A model generated the notes under the pieces. The model was given only the letters and a program-made list of their open reading frames with translations, did no database searches and had not been told where the DNA came from. From Limisphaerales bacterium (GTDB lineage: Bacteria; Verrucomicrobiota; Verrucomicrobiia; Limisphaerales; SIBE01): 64,000 nucleotides of DNA. Positions 57,029-64,000 of this stretch are shown in pieces. Positions within the stretch are counted from its first letter, which is position 1, and every line of letters starts with the position of its first letter. Where the stretch lies: the NCBI GenBank assembly GCA_044225505.1, contig JBGAIN010000005.1, positions 62,001-126,000 of the forward strand. Direction: 5' to 3'. A program made the position numbers and the translations under genes.

Positions 57029-57796
57029 ATGAAAATGCTCCTTCAACCGAATCGACTACTGACTCATCCGTCGGACACTTATCAAATCCGGCTCGCGAAA
57101 AACCTTGATGATATCCAGGCAGCGCAGCGTTTGCGCTTCATGGTCTTCAACCTCGAACTCGGTGAGGGCTTGCAGGAATCTCTACAGACTGGACTCGACG
57201 CAGATCCTTATGACGCTGTCTGTGATCATTTGCTGGTGGAGCATGTGCCTTCCGGGGATATCGTAGGAACGTATCGCCTGCAAACTGGGACAGTGGCCGG
57301 TTCGCGACTGGGGTATTACAGCGCGGAGGAGTTTGACTTTCGACCTTATGAACCACTGCGTTCCGAGTTAATCGAGCTGGGCAGAGCCTGCGTGCACCGC
57401 GAGCATCGCAATCTCCTGGTGCTCGGGCTGCTTTGGAAGGGCATCGCCCAATACGCTGCTCGACGCGGGGCGCGGTATTTGTGCGGCTGCAGTTCGTTGA
57501 CCTCTCAAGACCCGGCCGAAGGTGCATCCATTTACGCGGAGCTCTGTCGGCGACACCAGGCACCACCGCCGTTGCGAACTCAACCTTTGCCACGCTATGC
57601 GTGCCCACTCGATCGACTCGCTAGTGAGAACGCAAAGGTTCCAAAGCTCCTAAAAGCCTATCTGACAATCGGTGCCAAAATATGCGGTCCTCCCGCTATC
57701 GATCGTCGTTTTCGAACCATCGACTTCTTAACACTGCTTGATTTGGAATCGCTGCCAGCGATCGTCCGCGAGCGCTTTACCAGCACGGACCTCTGA
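57029..57796 (+). CDS. GNAT N-acyltransferase, OlsB-like (Acetyltransf_5)
   Basis: AQRLRF.VF, D.YD.VCDHLLV, VGTYRL, YSAEEFD, ELGRACV, GCSSL, P.LLKAYL..GAKICGPPA.D..F...DF. Confidence 0.9.
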   Translation: MKMLLQPNRLLTHPSDTYQIRLAKNLDDIQAAQRLRFMVFNLELGEGLQESLQTGLDADPYDAVCDHLLVEHVPSGDIVGTYRLQTGTVAGSRLGYYSAEEFDFRPYEPLRSELIELGRACVHREHRNLLVLGLLWKGIAQYAARRGARYLCGCSSLTSQDPAEGASIYAELCRRHQAPPPLRTQPLPRYACPLDRLASENAKVPKLLKAYLTIGAKICGPPAIDRRFRTIDFLTLLDLESLPAIVRERFTSTDL

Positions 57797-57802
57797 TTGA
57801 CG

Positions 57803-58624
57803 ATGCTTCGATCGATGGCCCAGCTCTTTCGCATTACCGCACGCGGTGCGGCATTGCTAGTCACGTTGGGATGGGCTGCGTTCCTCCATGGTTATCAGGT
57901 TTGCCGTCAACCGAGCTTAGGATCGGTCTCAACACGGTCGGAATGGCTGCACAAAATCTGCCAGAGGCTTATCAAAGTCTTAGGGGTTCAACTGCATGTC
58001 CGCGGCCCGGTGCCTCGCCAGGGGCTCCTCGTGAGCAATCATCTGGGGTATCTGGACATATTGGTGCTTGCGGCGACAACGCCGTGCCTCTTTGTGTCCA
58101 AAAGCGAGGTTGAGACCTGGCCTCTGTTTGGATGGTTCGCCCGGCGTGCCGGCACGCTCTTCGTGCAGCGGGGAAAGCGCTCGGATACTGCCCGGGCCTC
58201 GTCCTTGATGACAGCGGCCCTGCATCAAGGAGCCCTCGTGGTTTTGTTTCCGGAGGGCACAAGCACGAATGGCTTCTCGGTCCTGCCGTTTAAGTCGGCG
58301 CTGCTCCAACCGGCGATCGAGCCGGGTCGAATGTTAACGGTCTGCAGCCTGGAATATCATGTGTCCGGGGGGAATGCCGCGACCGATGTTTGTTACTGGG
58401 GTGAAATGACGTTGGTACCGCACCTCCTGCGGTTGCTGGGGCTACGGGAGATCCGTGCCAGGATCACTTACGCGCCCTGGGAACCGGAGTTATCCCAAAA
58501 GAGTCTCCATCGAAAAGATCTGGCACGCACGCTGCATTCGGAGGTCGTCCGGCTGCACGCCATGGGACAACGACAAGCCGCAGAACTGCCGAGCCATTCT
58601 CTCGCCTGCCACGCCGTGTCTTAG
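57803..58624 (+). CDS. Lysophospholipid acyltransferase, PlsC/OlsA-like
   Basis: NHLGYLD (HX4D), FVSKSEV, GTLFVQR, FPEGT. Confidence 0.93.
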   Translation: MLRSMAQLFRITARGAALLVTLGWAAFLHGYQVCRQPSLGSVSTRSEWLHKICQRLIKVLGVQLHVRGPVPRQGLLVSNHLGYLDILVLAATTPCLFVSKSEVETWPLFGWFARRAGTLFVQRGKRSDTARASSLMTAALHQGALVVLFPEGTSTNGFSVLPFKSALLQPAIEPGRMLTVCSLEYHVSGGNAATDVCYWGEMTLVPHLLRLLGLREIRARITYAPWEPELSQKSLHRKDLARTLHSEVVRLHAMGQRQAAELPSHSLACHAVS

Positions 58625-58722
58625 GGCTCTTTTCGTCGCTCAGCTCTTCCGCGGATCCTTTGGGGGCCGTGTAAGGATCTGTCCAAAGGCACGACATAAC
58701 TGGAAAGATCATCCACTTGCTT

Positions 58723-59157
58723 ATGTCATCCTGCAAAACCAAACGCATCACCAGCTGGACGTTACAGATCATAACGGCGGCCATCTTGTTCCAGACGCTC
58801 TTCTTTAAGTTCACGGCCGCGGAGGAATCTGTCTATATCTTCACCACGCTCGGAATTGAGCCCTGGGGACGGATTGTTTCCGGGGTGGTGGAGTTAGTCG
58901 CCGTTGTGCTCCTGCTCGTGCCGCGGACCGTCGTGATGGGAGCGTTCCTCTCGCTCGGCGTGATTTCAGGCGCTCTTTTCAGCCATTTGACCAAGCTCGG
59001 CGTCAGCGTTCAGAACGACGGTGGTCTCTTGTTCGGGCTGGCCCTCGTTGTATTTGTAGCGAGCGTGGCCATCTTGTTTCTGCGACGGGAACAGATCCCA
59101 GTTCTGCGGGCGTTGCTACCCGCGTCCGCAGAGCACCACTGCGCGATCCATGATTGA
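58723..59157 (+). CDS. DoxX-family membrane protein
   Basis: ILFQTLFFKFT...ES.YIF..LGIEPWGRI..G..E, GALFSHL, DGGLLF; four TM helices. Confidence 0.88.
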   Translation: MSSCKTKRITSWTLQIITAAILFQTLFFKFTAAEESVYIFTTLGIEPWGRIVSGVVELVAVVLLLVPRTVVMGAFLSLGVISGALFSHLTKLGVSVQNDGGLLFGLALVVFVASVAILFLRREQIPVLRALLPASAEHHCAIHD

Positions 59158-59204
59158 ATCCACCACGTGCCCGATCTAGTCCCCATCCCCGCTCAACAGG
59201 ATTT

Positions 59205-59876
59205 ATGACCCCTTCTCTCGAATCTCCCGCCGGTGCAATTTCCGCGGGAGACCCTTTGGCGAATCGTGGGAACGCCTCGGCGCGCTGGATCGAGATCGCG
59301 TTCCCTAAAACACTGCCAACTCCGTCTGAACCGACGTTGGCGGACGGTGCGCGGATCGTGCAAGCCGCGATCTCGATACTGGAACAAGGCGAATTGCTCC
59401 TCAGTGCGGTTTCCCCGCAATCCTACACCGAACGGCTGCCGATCGCTTTCAACGCCTCGATCGGTGGCCATTACCGCCACTGCCTTGACCATTTCACCAG
59501 CCTCTTCCGCGGCGACGACCAACCGGAGATTGATTATGACCGGCGCGACCGGGACCGCCGCGTCGAAACCGAGCCTGACTTTGCCCTGCATCTCACCCGA
59601 TCGATGCGGAAAGAGTTGCAGGATTTGACATCGGAAGATCTTCGCCTGCCCGTTCGCGTCCGCTGCGCCGTGAGCTATGAGAAAGGACCGTCACCTGTGA
59701 CGAGTTCCACTCGCGGGCGGGAACTGTCGTATGCCATTGCCCATGCGATTCACCACTATGCGCTCATTTCGATCATAGCGCGCCTGCTCGAAGTGGCGCT
59801 TCCCATCACGTTCGGCGTGGCTCCGTCCACCTTGGCTCATCAAGCAAAGATTGGATCCAGCTCCACCTCCCGATGA
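59205..59876 (+). CDS. DinB/YfiT-family protein
   Basis: ASIGGHYRHCLDHF, IDYD.R.R, REL.Y...HAIHH, FGVAPST. Confidence 0.88.
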   Translation: MTPSLESPAGAISAGDPLANRGNASARWIEIAFPKTLPTPSEPTLADGARIVQAAISILEQGELLLSAVSPQSYTERLPIAFNASIGGHYRHCLDHFTSLFRGDDQPEIDYDRRDRDRRVETEPDFALHLTRSMRKELQDLTSEDLRLPVRVRCAVSYEKGPSPVTSSTRGRELSYAIAHAIHHYALISIIARLLEVALPITFGVAPSTLAHQAKIGSSSTSR

Positions 59877-61534
59877 GTTCCGCGGCGTTCCCACTCTGGC
59901 CGGTCGAATTCCTTCAATGGAGCTTCTTTGCCCAAGCGGTCACCCTTGCGCTTTCGACGTTCGTGCAAGAGGATGCGCCCACGTTGGCGGCAGCCCTGTT
60001 ATGGAGCAGTGGCAATCTCCCGATCTCGACCGGATTCATCGGCTGTTCCGTGGGTATCTGGGCGGGCGACGCCATCCTTTACCTCCTCGCGCGAGCCTTT
60101 GGACGTCCGCTGATCGATTGGCGCTGGACACGGCATTGGCTGCGCGGAGATGCGATCGCTCGAAGCGAGCGGTGGTTCGCTCAACGCGGGGCGTGGCTGC
60201 TGTTGACGAGCCGTTTTGTTCCGGGAACTCGATTGCCGACCTACCTGGCGGCAGGCTTTCTGCGACTTTCCTTTCCGCGATTCCTCGCGCTGACTGGCAT
60301 CGCGGTGACCCTTTGGACCAGCCTCCTCTTTCTGCTCGTCGGTTGGTTTGGGAAATCAGTTTTCCAGTGGGCGGGTGAATCACTCAACCAAGGCTGGACT
60401 TGGTTGCTCCTCGTCTTGCTCGCGGCCCTGTTCTGGAAAACGTTGACCCGGTTCATGAACCCAACCTGGCGCCGCCGCGCCAGTGCGATGTGCGGCCGGC
60501 TCCGCCACTGGGAATTTTGGCCGGCCTGGCTATTTTATTTTCCTGTCGCCCTCCAGTACCTTCGTCTCGTTGTGAAATATCGCGGACTTACCGTGCCCAC
60601 GGCCGCCAACCCAGGCATCTTCTCCGGCGGTCTCGTTGGCGAATCGAAAGTCACGACGCTTCTGGATTTGAATGCCTCCAGCCCGGAGTTTACAGCGCAA
60701 GCCTGTCTGATCCCGGTTAGTTCCTGCGTCGGCAGACTGGCCTTGCTGGACGCATTTTGTGCACGGCTCCCGGTAGCCTACCCTCTCATCCTCAAACCCG
60801 ACGTCGGGCAACGGGGCGTTGGGGTCAAGTTGATCCAAACGCGTGCGCAAGCGGTCGATTATTTGAACGCCGTTCAGGCTCCGATCGTGGCGCAGGAATA
60901 CATTCCCGGTCCGTGCGAAGTTGGGATCTTCTATTATCGGTTGCCAGAAGAAGCCACAGGGCGGATCTTTGCGATTACCGAAAAAGTCTTTCCGATGTTG
61001 GTGGGCGATGGGCGCCAGACGGTCGAGGAACTCATCTGGCAACATCCACGCTGCCGATTCATGGCCGACACCTACCTTCGTCGTCTCGCTCCGCGCCGCT
61101 TCGAAATTCTGGCGACAAATGAAACCTTGCGCCTTGTCGAGGCTGGCAATCATGCCCAAGGATGCATCTTTCAGGACGGCCATCACCTCTGGTCGCAACC
61201 TCTGCAAGATCGCATCGACTCCATCTCGCAACGGCTGCCCGGCTTTTTCATCGGTCGCTACGATATCCGATATCGCGATGCCGCCGATCTCCAAGCCGGG
61301 CAAAACTTCAAAATTTTGGAGCTGAATGGGGCGGCCGCCGAAGCGACCAGTATTTACGACGCCCGCAACTCGCTTGGCACTGCTTACCGAACCCTCTTCC
61401 AGCAATGGGAACTCGTCTTCCGAATTGGTGCGGCCAATCGGCAACGAGGCGCCCAACCGACTTCCCCTCCGTTGCTTTGGCACAAATGGCGCGAGACTTC
61501 TCGTCTTGTTCGCACTTATCCCGTGGCCGACTAA
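59873..61534 (+). CDS. DedA (VTT/SNARE-associated) membrane domain fused to an ATP-grasp ligase-like domain
   Basis: N-half: STFVQED, GIWAGDAILY, SRFVPGTR. C-half: ANPGI..GG..GESK, YPLILKPDVGQRG.GV, QEYI, GRYDIRY, ILELNG. Confidence 0.9.
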   Translation: MSSAAFPLWPVEFLQWSFFAQAVTLALSTFVQEDAPTLAAALLWSSGNLPISTGFIGCSVGIWAGDAILYLLARAFGRPLIDWRWTRHWLRGDAIARSERWFAQRGAWLLLTSRFVPGTRLPTYLAAGFLRLSFPRFLALTGIAVTLWTSLLFLLVGWFGKSVFQWAGESLNQGWTWLLLVLLAALFWKTLTRFMNPTWRRRASAMCGRLRHWEFWPAWLFYFPVALQYLRLVVKYRGLTVPTAANPGIFSGGLVGESKVTTLLDLNASSPEFTAQACLIPVSSCVGRLALLDAFCARLPVAYPLILKPDVGQRGVGVKLIQTRAQAVDYLNAVQAPIVAQEYIPGPCEVGIFYYRLPEEATGRIFAITEKVFPMLVGDGRQTVEELIWQHPRCRFMADTYLRRLAPRRFEILATNETLRLVEAGNHAQGCIFQDGHHLWSQPLQDRIDSISQRLPGFFIGRYDIRYRDAADLQAGQNFKILELNGAAAEATSIYDARNSLGTAYRTLFQQWELVFRIGAANRQRGAQPTSPPLLWHKWRETSRLVRTYPVAD

Positions 61535-61539
61535 CTCCT

Positions 61540-61875
61540 ATGTGCACCGTCACCTTCGTTGCGCTCGCTCGAGGATATATCGTCGGCATGAACCGCGACG
61601 AAAAGCTGGCGCGCGCGCGCGCGTTGCCGCCAGCCGTCGCTACTCTTGGCCGCGACCTCGCCGTGTTTCCCAAGGAGTCCAGCGGCGGCACTTGGATTGG
61701 CGTCAACAGTTGGGGAACAACGGTGGCCTTGATCAACTGGTATGCCGTTCCTTGTCGCGTCGAACAGGGCGCGATCAGCCGGGGTGAAGTAGTCAAGAGT
61801 GCGCTCGCCCATTGTGGCGCGGCCGCGAGCGAGTCATTTCCGCCCGGCTTGCCCTTGGAAAGCATCAAATTCTAG
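61540..61875 (+). CDS. NRDE/TANGO2-family (Ntn-hydrolase fold) protein, N-terminal part
   Basis: MCTVTF (Cys2 nucleophile position), NRDE, GGTWIGVN, SRG; premature TAG at 61873-61875. Confidence 0.88.
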   Translation: MCTVTFVALARGYIVGMNRDEKLARARALPPAVATLGRDLAVFPKESSGGTWIGVNSWGTTVALINWYAVPCRVEQGAISRGEVVKSALAHCGAAASESFPPGLPLESIKF

Positions 61876-61938
61876 CCCCATGCAACCCCTCTCCGCTGGA
61901 CAATCTTTGTCCATCGCCCCGGTTGCCGGGCTCCCTTC

Positions 61939-62511
61939 TTGACCGCCGTTCCCGCCGTCGTCATTGATCCAGATTCTCGCGTGAACCCGTTTCGTCTGCT
62001 CGTTTTTGCTTGCCTCGTTTTTGCACAGGCGCAAGCCCAGGTCGTCGAATGGCAATGGGACCTTCACCGGTTGCATCGAGTCGATCATCCGTGGCTTACG
62101 AACACCTGGATTTCTTCTGGATTCGACGAGCCCGGCGCCCAGATCAGCCGTGGACACACCTTTGCCACGGCTCGTCCGCGCTTTGGATCACAACCTCGTG
62201 TTGCGCTCCGTCGACTGCATCGGTCGCACGTGCCCGAGCCTGGCCCTTACTCTACTTGCATGCACCGAAACGACGCCGCCACCGTGAGCTACACTGAAAT
62301 CTCGGTCTCCAAACGCCTGGCAAAAGTCTATTATGCTCCCGGCCCGCCCTGTTCGACGGAAGCACTTCCGGTGACACAACTGAGATTGTGCCCGATGATT
62401 CGAGCGAATGTGGCGTCCGTTGCGGAAGCACCGCTCGTCAGAAACCGAGGTGAGAGATCTCTCCAGGATCGCCTTAAAGGACTATGTAACACCTTTGTAG
62501 ATAAGCACTAA
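61939..62511 (+). CDS. NRDE/TANGO2-family protein, C-terminal part (same frame as the N-terminal part)
   Basis: NPFRLL, WISSG, LHRSH, CMHR.DAATVSYTEI; family-like sequence resumes at about 61975. Confidence 0.8.
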   Translation: MTAVPAVVIDPDSRVNPFRLLVFACLVFAQAQAQVVEWQWDLHRLHRVDHPWLTNTWISSGFDEPGAQISRGHTFATARPRFGSQPRVALRRLHRSHVPEPGPYSTCMHRNDAATVSYTEISVSKRLAKVYYAPGPPCSTEALPVTQLRLCPMIRANVASVAEAPLVRNRGERSLQDRLKGLCNTFVDKH

Positions 62512-62616
62512 CGCTGAGCTAGGGCGTGCCTCAGCCTTTTGGGCAACCGCCTTTTCTCGTGCAACTGCCACATGGTTAGAGGGTTATGCCTCAGGATACG
62601 GCGCCGTTCAGCCCTT

Positions 62617-62710
62617 CTACCCGCACGCTAAACGCACGCTAAACGCACGCTGACCCCACGTGCACGTGGGGTTCGCTTGAGCTTGGGGTGTGCGTATCGT
62701 GTGGAGCCTG
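62617..62710. repeat. Four 11-bp direct units, a 20-bp perfect palindrome and a degenerate inverted arm
   Basis: ctacccgcacg ctaaacgcacg ctaaacgcacg ctgaccccacg; ACCCCACGTGCACGTGGGGT at 62653-62672. Confidence 0.8.
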
Positions 62711-62900
62711 CGTTAGACCCTGCGATCGAGGGTATCGGTGGATTCGTTAAGGAGCTTGAAAAGCGCGGTCAGCTCAGCCTGGCGAAAACCCGGGCGGCGT
62801 ATCGCATGGGTAGCTTGGGGCCGGGTCGGTCCCATCCTGAAAGCGGTCGCAAGCTGACTTTAGGGGTGCCAGTAAGAGCGACAATATGAAGAACTCGCTC

Positions 62901-63563
62901 TCATTTCGGCGCTCGGACCACGGTCAGGTCGTCGAATCGAATAGGGGTTCCGGCATAGGGGCTGCCAAAGATAGCCGCACGGCCGGGAGGCAGCTCTTGC
63001 GTCTCCTCGGTCCGGATGAGCCAGTCCGAAGGTTCAGGAGTGCCTGCCATCCAGACCTTCCCGCGAATCTCCCATGCCGAGCCAGACTTGAGGACCTGGA
63101 TTTTAAGGTGCGTCCATTGGCCAGACTGCCAGCGGAATGGTTGATTGGTCTTGGCCACGTCCCCACGGTAAAGCTCGATCAGATTCTTGGCCGGACTAAC
63201 TTGAAGCCGATAACCGCCGGCGCCGTTGACCCCGACGGCAAACGTGGGAGCGCGTCGACCTTTGGCAAGTCCGAAAACTCGGGCTGAGGCCGCGATTCCT
63301 TCCGATTCTGTAGGGCCGAAGAGCAAGCCGAAACTGTCCAAGGGAGCACCTGGCAGTTCGAGAAATCGATTGTTCTGCTGCTCCTTGACGACGAAAGCGC
63401 CGTCCAGGACTAACAGTTCGTCGGGGACTTTGTCCAATTCGGCCGATTGCAGGTCGTTCATGTAGAGTGTTTGGCTCTCTTGCGCCACGCTGTTCCAAGT
63501 CGAGGAAGCGAGCAGCAAGGCCATGACAGATCGAATTATCCAAAGCGGCGACATAGGGATCAC
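62901..63563 (-). CDS. Exported hypothetical beta-sandwich (ConA/DUF1080-like) protein
   Basis: Signal peptide (SVA|Q), all-beta pattern, GKVW..G..EP.DW, IRFDDLTV. Confidence 0.8.
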   Translation of the reverse strand: MIPMSPLWIIRSVMALLLASSTWNSVAQESQTLYMNDLQSAELDKVPDELLVLDGAFVVKEQQNNRFLELPGAPLDSFGLLFGPTESEGIAASARVFGLAKGRRAPTFAVGVNGAGGYRLQVSPAKNLIELYRGDVAKTNQPFRWQSGQWTHLKIQVLKSGSAWEIRGKVWMAGTPEPSDWLIRTEETQELPPGRAAIFGSPYAGTPIRFDDLTVVRAPK

Positions 63564-63579
63564 TCCTGTTTTCGTGATA

Positions 63580-64000
63580 TCAATCGTTTCTTAAAGCCTG
63601 CAACAAAGAGCCGCGCAGGGCAAGTTGCGTGGCGGCCCACGTCCAGATCAGGCCGCTGCCAAAGACGGCTCCCAGCGTCAACGACAGCGAGCGGAAGGGC
63701 AACTCCGCGCCCGGAGACAAGATGGTGGGTAATACCGCCACCAGGGCTGCGACCGTGCCAATGAGCAATCCCAGTAGCAGCAGGGCGCCATGTTCGGAAA
63801 GCACCAGCCAACGCAAGGCGCGTGCCCGGAACCCAACGGCAATGAGGAGCGCCAGTTCACCGCGGCGCTCGAGCACATTCCGTAACACCACGACCCCCAA
63901 GCCCACGCTGCCCAAGAGCAAACCGAGACCCCCAAGAACCTGGAAAGTGTTCAAATAGGTGTTTTGAACTGCGTTAAAGGCTTCCAGCCGGCGCACGGTC
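63580..64000 (-). CDS. ABC transporter permease (FtsX/MacB-like), C-terminal part
   Basis: LGGLGLLLG..GL..V..RNVLERRGELALL.AVGF; four TM helices; continues off the right edge. Confidence 0.9.
   Translation of the reverse strand, partial: TVRRLEAFNAVQNTYLNTFQVLGGLGLLLGSVGLGVVVLRNVLERRGELALLIAVGFRARALRWLVLSEHGALLLLGLLIGTVAALVAVLPTILSPGAELPFRSLSLTLGAVFGSGLIWTWAATQLALRGSLLQALRND

Noticed and set aside
61873..61875. Pyrrolysine or programmed readthrough of the NRDE TAG
   Set aside because: No pyl genes in the window, TAG is used as a normal stop elsewhere, and the surrounding segment looks like an insertion.

Overview
GC-rich bacterial chromosome segment, most likely Verrucomicrobiota (Limisphaerales/Pedosphaera-like). 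That assignment is inferred from gene families, not from a search. Left to right: two tandem exported FG-GAP/ASPIC-UnbV paralogs; PhnB-type VOC and SRPBCC genes; a prepilin-domain gene with a partner lipoprotein; an octaheme cytochrome c lipoprotein plus a third ASPIC/UnbV gene; exported putative carbohydrate enzymes; a type II secretion-like operon (gspE-F-G-H-I-J-K-L-M-C-D) with a sigma54 promoter, two enhancer sites and an NtrB/NtrC-type pair at its end, whose secretin is split into two separately exported proteins; a sensorless NarQ/NarL-type pair; a probable oriC directly upstream of dnaN with no adjacent dnaA; lspA, miaA, hflX; a PLD/Nuc enzyme; an intact IS1634-family element (42-bp IRs, 6-bp target duplication, divergent passenger ORF, mirror-symmetric promoters) inserted in a ThuA-like gene; radical SAM, PPK2, CinA and ferredoxin genes; and a divergent locus (GMC oxidoreductase + exported VOC / OlsB-like GNAT, PlsC-like acyltransferase, DoxX, DinB, DedA-ATP-grasp fusion, NRDE). 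That locus looks like an uncharacterised peptide/amino-lipid synthesis-and-flipping system and, with the split secretin, is my best candidate for a novel system. Three intergenic arrays of four 11-bp units are also present. Four genes carry short deletions or insertions that may be assembly errors. No rRNA, tRNA or CRISPR array was recognised.
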